Assembly: GCA_001599295.1 (NCBI GenBank)
Contig: BCGN01000008.1
Span: forward strand, 558,001-622,000
Source: Sporopachydermia quercuum
Taxonomy: Eukaryota
Direction of reading: 5' to 3'
Length of the DNA stretch: 64,000 bases
The notes beneath the pieces were generated by a model. That model saw only the letters and a program-made list of their open reading frames with translations. It was not told the DNA's origin and searched no databases. How positions within the stretch are numbered: position 1 is the stretch's first letter; each line of letters starts with the position of its first letter. Below are positions 47,177-59,779 of the stretch, one piece after another. Both the position numbers and the translations under genes were made by a program.

Positions 47177-48390
47177 TTTGTTCTCCCTGTTTCAAACAAC
47201 AATCAATCCTTCCTTCAATTCATCTATCAATGTAGACTCCTGGCTTGTTTGTTGTCTAACACGGTTTACTACTTTTCAAAGCTGTCTTTCCATTCTTCGC
47301 TCCACTGCTTTATGTTTCAGACATGATCTCTCTTTGTGACAACAATTGGCTGATTTACGTTACCCTTTGACTATAATAGTGGAAATTGGACTGTCTAAAG
47401 GGGGTGTTCTGATGATGGATGGTTAGCCTAGAGTGAGATGAGTTGCAATGTGTGACGCAGGGATCAGGTGAGAGGTTTGTCTGGGTGCGTCTAGCAGATT
47501 GGTTGGTTTGTAGGTTAGACAAATTTGTATAAATTACAATATAAGAGTGAATTGCTTGTTATTTAGGTGGCCCTTTCAAAGATAATTGTAAAATAAATGT
47601 AGAGAATACTCAATACCCACTTTCTAAAAATCTACGCGTTAATATGCATAATTCATGCATAAGCTGTAAATCGTGCATAATTATATACCAGTTTTCAATC
47701 TCCGAATTCNTACCTCATCAGAAGAGCTATCAACAATTGAACGCCCAAATTACTTTAAAACTGTCCAATTTTCCAGTTCCACCTCTGATATTCTCAGATC
47801 CACCTTAATCCCAAAAACTCCTTATCAGATCAACCTCTGAACCCCAAATACTTCACGTTTTTCCCATCACATACCTCCTTTCCCACCCAATCACCCCGTC
47901 ATATTCCATATATTCCGGAAACCATACTTCCAACGAACACGTAAGCCAAAATTTCCGGAAACTATAGATTTTATATTCTCCGAAATATCATCAACCTTAT
48001 CCTCTTTGTAATACCAAATGAGAGAATGTTCCATCTGAAGCCATTCCTCACCATATATGGCAATTTCTTCCATTTGACCAACCAACTGGTTTGCCATGAC
48101 ATAACACAATGTAGACAGAGAAGTCTTGATAGGTGTTCTAAACAGAAAGAAGTAAAGAGTTAGATAGCAGTCATAGTTGATAATTATTGGTCGAGTTAGG
48201 ATTGCAATTATATTCTTGTTGTTGCTATAGACATTGAATTGAAGATATATTTATCAGTAGCTGTTAGATATTTGTGATAAGTCGGTTGCTTGATTGATTA
48301 ATTGACCTTATTGTATTGTTTTTTGTTGTGAACGGTAGACAGGCATATCAGTAGCAAGATAATTGAATAAGAGTGCTAAATATTAACGCA

Positions 48391-49501
<1,111 letters not shown>

Positions 49502-49970
49502 ATCTTACAGATGTGTTTATTGAGAATCAAGAATATTTAACTAATTTATTAATTTCATTTATTCATTAATTAGTAACCGAATTTTAATCAGCTATTTTTT
49601 TGTCAAACTGTGTATACGTTTAGAATGTATTATGGAAATAATATACTTCGAGAATGCTAAGACAACCACCATGGAACCAAGCACTTCTTCTTTTCATTCA
49701 AAGTGCTTCATTTTCTTTATTTTACTGTTTTTGACAGGTTCTATCATTAACTCATCATTTCAGCACAAAGCAGTATTAGCCGTTTTATACATCTACTTCC
49801 AGAAATAGTATAGAAATCTAGTTTATTATGTCTATGAGTATTTACATCAAAATCATATTACTTCAACATACTTTTTTATCCAATGAAAACATACCTCAAA
49901 AAGTTTAACCAAAATTAATTAGAGCTACCAACTGTCAACATTTCATTCTTAATAAACCCTTTTCTTAAGC

Positions 49971-51797
49971 CTATAAAGGAGGACGAATCGTTAAACCTCC
50001 TGTACGGTCAAATACTGATTTTGCTCTTATATATGGATCAAGCTCAACATACTTGCGAGCAATTCTTCGGTCAGCTGTAACCTTCAGAGCCCATAATTTA
50101 TCATCCTCAGCATTGAAGTTGAACCCATTTTCAACCCATTGGATAGTAAGGTTCTCAAATTGACTAATGAGCTTCTCGCGTTCCTTAATTAATTTATCTC
50201 TAGTTTCAGTATCCTTCATCAAGTCGTTCTCATCATCAGATCCTTTAATATATTTGAAAACATAAGAGTCTTCACCATCATATTCTTTCAGCAATTGCGC
50301 CGGTTCAATGAACTTAAGCATGTCTTTTTTGGAAGATGTCATCCTGATTTTTGACGCAACTACAGGGTCTAGCCATTTCTTAACAATGGCCCAGATACCT
50401 CTGAAAACCCATGGAGCATCATGAATGATCAAGAAACCTAGACATTCAGGGTAATGTGCTTCGAAAGCTCCAACCATGAATTTAACTGAAGGATAATCCA
50501 TATTTGATAATGAAAACCCAGTTAAGTCAAACAATATAGTAGCAGAATCACCAGGCTCCTGCAAATATAATCTGGTGTATTCAATAACAAATAATGTATA
50601 TTTCCTAATATCTTCTTGGCTCAATTCCTTGGGTTTATGCAATCTGGGCCTAATGATAACAATTGGTCTACCTCTCCTATCCATACCATGCACGTAAGCT
50701 TTACCTATTGTGATTTGATCGATTACATTCTCTTCGTTTTTCCTATAAAACTCAGGTTCGCCTTTGAAGAATAAATTTTCGACATCGACAACCTTTGATC
50801 TCCATTTGATAGTTTCAATCAGCATAACTAAAGCATTTTCAACATTCCATTTCCTAGCTCTTAGAAACCTTAGGATGAAGTTATCAGCTGTATCATTACG
50901 AAGCATTCTCCAAAATGCTTCACGGAACTCCTCACTTGGCATTCCCTCCATGATATGCTTAAATTTATGACCATCGTATCTAGATTCGGATGAGTGTGAC
51001 AAAATAGAAAGAATGCTGCTCCTTCTTCTAGGTGGTCTAGTACTAAAAGATTCTTGAGATGTAATTGATGCAAGATCATGAGAGACTCGAGAGCTCCTTC
51101 TTGTATGTCTTTTACTTTTCTTTAATGTGGAGTTGCTGTAGTTCGATGTTTTTGGTACTATTCCTGTTTCACAGTCAGGATCATCGATCTTGGCGGATAT
51201 AGAATGTCCTAATACTAAAAGCAAATGATACCAGAGCTCTTTAAACTTCATTCTTTCTTCCGGGGTTAAATTTGATGATCTACCAAGATCTCTAGCTTTC
51301 ACTGGCTTTTCAACTTCTGTTTCTGATACAGTTAGGGTTCCTGTTGAAGCATTATTTTGTTGAGTATCATCCGTCAGATCTTTTGGTGATATATCTTGTT
51401 CTTCTTCCTGCTGCTGTTGCGTCTTAATATCAAGATCCACACCACTCTTAGCTCCTTGCTCGGAACTGACCTCAACGGGAGGATGTGTTGACGGAGCAAA
51501 ACCAGGTGTTCTATGAATACTCTGATGCTCGTTGTTTCTTCGGCTTGATGCTTCCAGAGCATATCCTAGCCTAGCAATTGAAGTTTCGTTTGGTGGAACA
51601 TATGAACGAATAGAGGAAACGGATATCACGCGACTATGAGAGATTCCATTCATCTTCGGCGGTCTCATCAAAGATGCTGAAGCTGTAGGATTTGGAGTTG
51701 TTAGGACTTCGAATTCCTCTAATGCATCAGCATAGATATCATCGGGAGTACTATCGTTCTCCAAACGATAGAATACAACTGATGGTTTGGATTTCAT
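49971..51797 (-). CDS. CSR1: Sec14/CRAL-TRIO phosphatidylinositol transfer protein, Csr1 (Sfh2)-like, with a long disordered N-terminus
   Basis: LRFLRARKWNV, FDLTGFSLSNMDY, FEAHYPECLG, WLDPVVASKI, LDPYIR. Confidence 0.85.
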   Translation of the reverse strand: MKSKPSVVFYRLENDSTPDDIYADALEEFEVLTTPNPTASASLMRPPKMNGISHSRVISVSSIRSYVPPNETSIARLGYALEASSRRNNEHQSIHRTPGFAPSTHPPVEVSSEQGAKSGVDLDIKTQQQQEEEQDISPKDLTDDTQQNNASTGTLTVSETEVEKPVKARDLGRSSNLTPEERMKFKELWYHLLLVLGHSISAKIDDPDCETGIVPKTSNYSNSTLKKSKRHTRRSSRVSHDLASITSQESFSTRPPRRRSSILSILSHSSESRYDGHKFKHIMEGMPSEEFREAFWRMLRNDTADNFILRFLRARKWNVENALVMLIETIKWRSKVVDVENLFFKGEPEFYRKNEENVIDQITIGKAYVHGMDRRGRPIVIIRPRLHKPKELSQEDIRKYTLFVIEYTRLYLQEPGDSATILFDLTGFSLSNMDYPSVKFMVGAFEAHYPECLGFLIIHDAPWVFRGIWAIVKKWLDPVVASKIRMTSSKKDMLKFIEPAQLLKEYDGEDSYVFKYIKGSDDENDLMKDTETRDKLIKEREKLISQFENLTIQWVENGFNFNAEDDKLWALKVTADRRIARKYVELDPYIRAKSVFDRTGGLTIRPPL

Positions 51798-52651
51798 TTT
51801 TGATTGAGTATTTTGGTCACTATCTCAGATGTTCATAGCTTGCAGATAAGCAAGGGAACTTAAAGAGCAGAAGAAACAAACAATTGTCGCGTTAGTATTG
51901 AACTTTTCTCCAAACAGAAAAGCGAGTGCAGAGATATTTCTAGGAAGTTGTTTAGCTGATTAATCGTTATATCTCCGTTATTTGCATAAATGCCATGCTA
52001 AATCAGGTATGAACGATTTAATGCTTGGTCGATTAATTAGAAGGTACGCAAATATGTTACCATAAATCCAAAACGACTAATCTACTTCAACAACAACATG
52101 CAAGAACAGAAGGCATTCAAATACCTTGATTTCATGATCTCAAACTGTATCATTAACCGCAACATGGTTGGATCAATGGATAATTTATGCAGACTTGTAG
52201 TGTCATTCTATTCTGCAATAGCAGAAGCAATTGCCGAAAGCCTCGAAAACGGCGATATGTCCTCTGCTTCCTGTTTGCATCTGTTATAGGACGGATATGA
52301 TGAAGAGATAAGCATAAGAAACCGGAAGTTATTGGAGGCGTGGAGGTTTGGAGTGGATAGGTATGACGGTATTTCGACAACTATACTATTACAATATGTA
52401 TATTGCATTAGATTCATTACATTGTATTGAAGTCTGGAACTTTTTGTCCCGGATGTGAGTTGGTTGTTGCTTAAATCGTTTCTTTCAATGGCACGCGTTA
52501 CAGTTCATTGAAGTAAGACATTTATGCATATATATGCATAAAGATGCATAAAGGGTTAATTAGTATTAGGAGGCAGANGAGGGAAGTAAAAAGAAGGAGG
52601 AAGTAATGAAAACAAAAGGATTTGACGATTCAATATGCAATGGCAAAGGAG

Positions 52652-53770
52652 CTATAGAATATTATCAGCCCGACGTTGGGCTTGTCTTAATTTTGCTCCC
52701 GTTGAATCAACGTTTTGGTCTAGATCATCCAACATGGCATTCTGTAATGTCAGCTCTTCATTGATAGTAAGACCGATTTCTTTCTGTTTGCGAATTAAAT
52801 CTCTCAATCGATTTATTTCCACATCTTGTTGTTTAATATCTTCTTTTCCTAGTTGAAATAGTTGCTGATTATCTAGGTTCCGCGTTCGGTCTGTCTCACG
52901 TGGTTTTCCCAATACTCTAGATGTTGATGGTGCTGGAGATGAAAACAAAGCACCAGATGCTAAATCGGGCTTCTCCAGTAGAGATGGTGGAATGCTAGCT
53001 CTGTTACCTCGATAGTATGATCCGGATGGGGATAAGGACATATCATGACTTCTTAGTGAGGCAGCCCTAATCAGCTCATCTAATTCTGAATGTTCATGTC
53101 TTAACGAAGCCAGTAAGTCTTTTCTTCTACGAAATTCGCCTGCACCTAATTTTTCGCTACCAATTTCTTCCAATCCTTTAGAAAGAGCAGGGATCTTGTT
53201 CCCTACTAATATTAAAGATCTTCTGCTATCAGAATTAGAGGACGAGAGCTTGGACCTAGCATCTTGCAATAACGATTTGCATTCCCGTAATGTGTCCATC
53301 CATACAGTGGAATCTCGAATTGAAATGCCGTTTTTACTCTCCGTTAAAGACCATATCCCTTGAAGCTTTGTTGCATACTCAGCTGTGCTGGATCCATTCT
53401 TACCCTGAGTGCTATATGAGAAAAGACCTGGTGGCAGCTGGAGAAATTCTCTGAAGCAAGCGCAGGTCCTCCATTTATTTGTATTATCTTGAATAATTGA
53501 TTGCAAAAATTCTTCTAATCCTGATCTTCGTTGCTCTGTGAGTTCAGGAGATGCGACTGTTCTCTTGAATAAAGATTTGCCAGGGATTTTTATCGGCAGT
53601 GACTCTTTCACTTCTTCTTCCATCGCCGCCACAAGATTGACGAATTCAGAGTACCGTTTCAATATCTCATAAGATCTCAATGGTAGTCTTACTAATATAT
53701 GATATAATGTATAAGGACCACCCTGTTGTTCAATTGAGGTTGTAGGAATGCTTACTTCGACGTCCATCAT
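52652..53770 (-). CDS. VAM7: Vacuolar Qc-SNARE with N-terminal PX domain and no transmembrane anchor
   Basis: PX motifs KRYSEF and RRSGLEEFL; C-terminal SNARE motif QQD...INEELTLQNAMLDDL; likely start MMDVEVSIP at 53770. Confidence 0.88.
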   Translation of the reverse strand: MMDVEVSIPTTSIEQQGGPYTLYHILVRLPLRSYEILKRYSEFVNLVAAMEEEVKESLPIKIPGKSLFKRTVASPELTEQRRSGLEEFLQSIIQDNTNKWRTCACFREFLQLPPGLFSYSTQGKNGSSTAEYATKLQGIWSLTESKNGISIRDSTVWMDTLRECKSLLQDARSKLSSSNSDSRRSLILVGNKIPALSKGLEEIGSEKLGAGEFRRRKDLLASLRHEHSELDELIRAASLRSHDMSLSPSGSYYRGNRASIPPSLLEKPDLASGALFSSPAPSTSRVLGKPRETDRTRNLDNQQLFQLGKEDIKQQDVEINRLRDLIRKQKEIGLTINEELTLQNAMLDDLDQNVDSTGAKLRQAQRRADNIL

Positions 53771-54504
53771 AAACCTCATATAATGACAATAGTTGTATCT
53801 GTTTCTATTCCTAATATAAATTTCAATGGTACTGGATAACACTTCAATCAGGAATGAAGTAGATGATCTTTTGCCCTCACACTTGCACGTGTGAACCACT
53901 TTCCAAAGAAAACAAATTGGTTATTATTATAGCAATGATCAAAGTTCTCAAAAGCGGCTCCTATTTAGTTATATTAACGTAATTTTCATCTTACTGGACA
54001 ATGGATTAGTATCTAATAAGCATTTACTTGTTCCTGTTCATATCTCCTGAGACAATAGGATAACATCAAATGAGCAAACAACAATACAATTTACATAAAA
54101 GGAATTATTAAATGTATGTATTTATATGCAAGTATTTGAGATCGTGCATAATTACGCGTTAATTATACATTCACCCTTCAATTGTAGTAGACTCTTTCAA
54201 GCATTAGTCAAGACCCTCTTTGATTCTCGTAAGCAACATTATATCTCAGTCTGTTTGTTAACTCGAAGGATTATTTATAATGGGCAGGATAGAATCATTA
54301 GTTTTCTGAGTCAATTATGCCGACAGAAGATACTCTGATGATCAATATAGAACTGTTTGATGATAGGATTGAAAAGTGGAGTAAACAAGTGGGTTTTGAA
54401 GACACTGAAGAAGAAGCTATAGATGAAATTCATTGTGGCGATCCATCAGAGAGAGAAGTGAAACAGATATAGCTATTGCATTACTGCATGCCATATTAGT
54501 GATC

Positions 54505-55946
54505 ATGGTAAGTGATGGGTAAACAGACAGCGGAGGTTTTGTTCTGACAGTTAAAAATTCATAGAGATATTATTAATTTATATACTGTGTTATTTTGAGT
54601 GTGCCGCTCCTGAATACTAACTGCCGATATGACTACAGGTAAGACAGTTTGTTTCAACTCATACTGTAGTTAATGGTACGTGAAGCTCGAATTATTTCAT
54701 CAACTGGTGTTTGTGATAACTGCACTAATGGAGTTCTTGTTTCTCATATTTTGTGATGTTACTAACATAAATTACTACAGGCAGTAAACAGGATTTATAC
54801 AGTGTAAAAATAGCTAGACATTATACACTCACAGCAGGAGGTGATGGTAAGGTGAAACTATGGTATAATGGTTTAAGAGAAGAAGACGATCCAAAGTCTT
54901 TTTGTCAAGTTGTTGATGTTCATCAATCTGGTATACATCACATTGATGTTTTTGAGGATGTTATTGATGGAGTTCTTGTCACATTATTAGTAGCAATTTC
55001 ATTCTCCGGTGATTTGTTTCTATATAGTATAAGGAAGAGTTCACCAGAGATCTCATCTTCAGAATGTACGATAGACAAGTTAAAGATAGCTCCGTCAGAA
55101 GGAACTACAATTCCGAAAACAAATTGGGCCGTGAAACTTTTCCAAATAGTTGAAGTAGATTCATTTGTTGGTTTAGCTCTTACTAAAGTCAGTGGTAGTG
55201 CTTCTGTTTTTCATATCATTCTACCCGCTGACATAAGCTCATTAGCTACTGAAGGTGTAACATTGGAAGAGAAGTTTACTATGAACGACAATACGGGTTC
55301 ATCCAGATATTTCTTTCCAATAACTATTGATGTGATTAATAATGGCGAAGCACGACAGGTAGCTATTGGTTTCCAAAATGGTTCGGTTCTAGTGTATAGC
55401 CTAGAAACCGAACAATTGAAGTATACACTATACGGTCATGGGGATAGTACATCATCCTGTGTCAGATCAGTTAAGATATCGCCAAATGGAAAACTGATCG
55501 CTGTATCTAGAGATTCTGGTTCAGCAGGTTCTATTACTCTATATAATTTTCGTTCTGGTGAACTAATAGGTAATCTTAGCATACAGGCTCATTCTGCTAC
55601 TGCATTTGCTAGTCAGGCTGATGGAAGTGCAGTTCATTTGAACGCTCATACGGGATGGATTTTTGCTTTAGATTGGGATGAATCTAGTAAATATCTTGTC
55701 AGTGGTGGTTATGACGGTAAAATTAGAATCTGGAATGCAATCGAAAGGGAACGTGATGCAACTATTAGTGTTAGCAAAGGTGACTTAGAAAACCCTGATC
55801 AAGATCCAAATGATACGTCTGCTGTTTCCGACATTTGTTTCCATGCAAAAAATATCCGCTCTTTTATTAATGGTAACGGTGAGGGTTTAGTTGCTGTAGC
55901 TCTTGATGGTGGTATCAGATGGTATCGTGAAGCAGGTAAGCTGTAA
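54505..55946 (+). CDS. SKI8: Ski8/Rec14 WD40 protein; exons 54505-54507 (ATG only), 54639-54675, 54781-55946 (401 aa)
   Basis: Spliced N-terminus MVRQFVSTHTVVNGSKQDLYSV...AGGDGKVKLW; VRSVKISPNG, AHTGWI, SGGYDGKIRIW, LDGGIRWYREAG; both introns have TACTAAC and CAG. Confidence 0.88.
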
Positions 55947-56143
55947 TAATATTCATATAGCTATTTATATTACATTCTTATCACATTTAACAATAAACAA
56001 AACAGAATATCATGCTTTACCCAGCAATTCCAATTAAAAAAACTAATAGCATTCTTATTGTGAGAAATAATTAGGCTCCTTGATGGCAAAAGAATACCTA
56101 TACAATACAACATAAATCGACTAGCATCGACCCAAATTGCCAA

Positions 56144-56186
56144 ATCACGTGCTTTCTCAATTTGAAAAACATCACGTGCTTTTCAA
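56144..56186. promoter_or_regulatory. Tandem duplicated bHLH E-box
   Basis: ATCACGTGCTTTCTCAA (56144-56160) and ATCACGTGCTTTTCAA (56171-56186). Confidence 0.55.
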
Positions 56187-56548
56187 CATTTCTGACAAGC
56201 TATCTATCCCAACATATTATGATAAATTAAAGAAGTTACTTAATGAACGATAGTGAAGTTCATATAGCAATACAGTAAACCTTTACATGAGTATCTGGTG
56301 ACTAATTGGTTGGAACGTGCGATGAGAATAGCAATCAAATGTCATGTTATCGTAAATTGAAGTGTCATGTATTTTGGTGTTACTTACTTGATGCCAATGT
56401 TTGTGTATGATACATACAGGCAGATCGGCTAAGATAGTACAAATCGCATAGGCATTCAAATTGCATCTTACAATCTGAGTCTGGTGTTGTGTTGTGTTGT
56501 ATTTACTATACTGTATGGTTTACTTTTGAAAAGGTAGGAATAATAAAC

Positions 56549-58840
56549 ATGGAAACAATGACATCTGTAGCTGGTGAGATAAAGAAAGACAATTCAGACC
56601 ATCAACAAGATTGGAACGGCCATAAGGCCACTAAGAATGATTACAATGATGCAGGGTCTTGGACGGTTCCGAATATTCCAACAAAAGTGTTGATAGCTTT
56701 GACATTAGCTACATCAAGTGGGAAACTGATTTCAGAAGCGTACAACCAGCGTAAAGCAAACAACACAGACAATTCAGATACTCTTATTGGGAATCAACCT
56801 GTTGCTTTACTGAATAACTTCATTGTTTTAGGGATGGTAGCCTGGATTCTGTTAATATGTCTAACTGTACCGGATAGATGGTGTCTGATAGCTAAAATGA
56901 ATCTGGAAATGGATAGTTTAAAATCTGATGCCATTCGTGATCCTGATCCTGAATCTGAAAAGGGTTTAAATAATTCATCTGGAGTAGCAAATGATCAAAC
57001 AGCGATTTCAACAAATAATAACACCCCAAGAACAAACTTGCTAAATCAATCAATGTGGCGTCTCAATCTTGAAGAGTTTCTTTTCAGTCTCATAGGAGTT
57101 GCAGCTGGGGCGCTAATCATGAAGCAAGCCAGACAATTCATTATAACGTCTCAGGTTTCAGATTCTGGTAGTAATGATGAAATATTCTCGAGCACCGAAA
57201 TTTCAATCTTCTTACTATCTAGTACAGTGAAAAGAGTAAGTCAATTGCTTGATCCAAATTCTGATTATTATGAAGTGTTTACTGAGAGCAAATGGTCAAA
57301 TATGACAATGCATTCTTCATCAGTAGAAACTGTAAAGAGTGTTATAACTTCATTAGACTCTAAACTAGAGGGTTTAAAGGAAGCGAATTTGGATGTTCTT
57401 GCAAGTATAAGCAACTTATCGAGCATCAACACTTACCAAGAAACCCAGAAAAAACAGTTACTTGATTCGCAGCAGGAAATATTAAAGACCTTGGAGAAAA
57501 GCTTAGCTTTTATTCAAGCAAGTTTGAAAAACAAAGATAATACAAGAGTAAACAATGGCTTACCATTTGACATACCGAAATCTTATGGTAGTGTTTCCAG
57601 TTCTCAATCACCTGCAACGTCAGAAACGTGTTCAACGGTAAATAATNAACCCTTAGCAATTCCGCATTCAGAGTTGAAAACGCAGAATAAAAGGCGAAGT
57701 TATTTATCAACAATTCATGAACATGACGAGAATGCTTCTTGTGCTCCACCTATTGCTTCTGGAATAAATGGTGGTGGACACTTAATGAGTAATAATGGAG
57801 TCTGGAAATCGTTTAAGTCTGATAATACTACCGTTAAGAATAAATCACACGGCATTGCTAATCAGTTGGAAAAGGTGCCTGTCAGCGTTAACAATATTCT
57901 TTATTTCCCTGGTTCCATTGAGTCAAAATCATCCAGAAAGCTAGGAATTACTCCGCAAGAGCTTATTCATGAACAACCTGAGTTCAAACCATCAACATTG
58001 AACTCGGGCTCTGTACCGAATAGCCACAAGGAGGAATCAAATAAATTAGTGACTGATTCAATCTTAAGGGAAATAAAGGGTAGAGAATACTGCAAATCAT
58101 ATGATACTAGTTCAGGTGGCCTTGCAATGTCCTCAAAAGTTGATATCAATGGTCCATCTTCAATAAGAACATTAGTATCAACTTTTAATACGGCATCAGC
58201 AGCAAACTCAAAGACTCTCAAGCCATTTTCTGACTTCACTCAATGTCAGACAAGCACTAAAAATAAACCAATGAAGCCAGTCAACAGAGTTCATCACGAC
58301 TCCGCAGTAACAACTCAACCGATCAATCAGTCAAATATCAATTACCCTATTGCACAAGAGCAGAGAAATAAGATACCTTTAAAGCAGAGATTTCTCAGCA
58401 TACTAAACCAAAGGTCTAGCTCGAACAAAACATCCTTACTAAAAAGAATCCCCAAGACAGTTTTGAAGAAAGCTTCAATACTAAAAAATCCTAAGAAACT
58501 TATTCTCAAAATTATATGGTCACCATATACAATATTCGCGTACTGCGCGAGGAAAATATATTCAGTGACATTCCAAAAATTCCTATTCGTTCTCAGTTGG
58601 GTCTTCCTTCAAATTATAGAGATCCGGAAGTTGTTTATTTCCCAGAGGAAAACCTCAGAGGTCCTATCTATATCCTCATCGCGATCAACGAATTCTAAAC
58701 CATTGTTTCAACCTATAAGAATGACAAATCAAACTAGTCACAGTAGTTCAATTGCAAAAAGTCATATCAAAACAAAGAAGAAATCATATTATAACAACCC
58801 TCAATTTTCTGGCTATTCTAATGATGTAGCCTTTCTATGA
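56549..58840 (+). CDS. Uncharacterised membrane protein: N-terminal hydrophobic helices, coiled coil, long Ser/Asn-rich region
   Basis: Long ORF, first ATG at 56549; hydrophobic segments FIVLGMVAWILLICLTVPDRW and FLFSLIGVAAGALIM; heptad-like stretch after them. Confidence 0.8.
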   Translation: METMTSVAGEIKKDNSDHQQDWNGHKATKNDYNDAGSWTVPNIPTKVLIALTLATSSGKLISEAYNQRKANNTDNSDTLIGNQPVALLNNFIVLGMVAWILLICLTVPDRWCLIAKMNLEMDSLKSDAIRDPDPESEKGLNNSSGVANDQTAISTNNNTPRTNLLNQSMWRLNLEEFLFSLIGVAAGALIMKQARQFIITSQVSDSGSNDEIFSSTEISIFLLSSTVKRVSQLLDPNSDYYEVFTESKWSNMTMHSSSVETVKSVITSLDSKLEGLKEANLDVLASISNLSSINTYQETQKKQLLDSQQEILKTLEKSLAFIQASLKNKDNTRVNNGLPFDIPKSYGSVSSSQSPATSETCSTVNNXPLAIPHSELKTQNKRRSYLSTIHEHDENASCAPPIASGINGGGHLMSNNGVWKSFKSDNTTVKNKSHGIANQLEKVPVSVNNILYFPGSIESKSSRKLGITPQELIHEQPEFKPSTLNSGSVPNSHKEESNKLVTDSILREIKGREYCKSYDTSSGGLAMSSKVDINGPSSIRTLVSTFNTASAANSKTLKPFSDFTQCQTSTKNKPMKPVNRVHHDSAVTTQPINQSNINYPIAQEQRNKIPLKQRFLSILNQRSSSNKTSLLKRIPKTVLKKASILKNPKKLILKIIWSPYTIFAYCARKIYSVTFQKFLFVLSWVFLQIIEIRKLFISQRKTSEVLSISSSRSTNSKPLFQPIRMTNQTSHSSSIAKSHIKTKKKSYYNNPQFSGYSNDVAFL

Positions 58841-59779
58841 AATATGATTATAATTGTTGTTGTTTGATGAAGTAGTAAATGATAAGTTAAATGTCAGAAA
58901 TATCCTTCAGAAAGGTAAGCTTAATAAACTTTCATATTGATGCAGGATTACAATGCTTAGGCTTTACATGTCAACAGCAAGTGTAGAGAGTTTATAAACT
59001 GGTTATCATGGTGTCAATCCGTGAACAGAATATTTCCAGGATTCGTTTGATAGAATAAATTATTGTAAGTGGTTCAGTTCAACATATAATATTGTTTCTT
59101 GTTATTGTTATCGTTTTCTGTGAGTCATTCAATAAACAATCTTTAACGCTGTAAGAACATATTGTCTATTGTCTTCTTCACATAAATCCTAAGTTCCAAA
59201 GGTTGCATATTCATGCACAAAGTAGGCATAACTAACATCCCCCAATGTTATTTCTATAAATTGGAATCTATTTATAAAAACATCTACTATTTTCCTTATT
59301 TTTATATAGGAATCTAACTTCTACTGTTCTATTACATTTCCCTTCAAAATATCTCGTACTGTAATTTGCACTGTTCATTCCTCGCATCAATTCAAATAGT
59401 CAACTGTGCACCACCACCAGTCAATTGACTTCTCATCTTTTTCACATGTTGATAATTTTCATATCTTCATTTCACCTGACATGTGCAATTGATTTTCGAA
59501 GTTTAAAGGACTAGAAAGAATCCTTTTTATTCCTCCTTATCATATAAATGTAATATACAACTAAATAATAATAACAAATTAAGCACCCAGAATAATAATC
59601 TGATATATATATATATGTATGATCTTCACAATTAATGGAAATTGCCTGGAAATAGTTAGTCGATCAATAGCGTTCCAAAGTGGAAGTTAGTACCATATAT
59701 ATATCGTGTCTTATTTATTATTATTATACATTGCAGTAAGCAAACTATATTAAATAGACTATCAATACGCAAAAGAATN

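Noticed and set aside
52098..52289. 63-aa plus-strand ORF with a good ATG context
   Set aside because: No recognisable motif; overlaps two antisense ORFs of similar size; cannot be supported without expression data.
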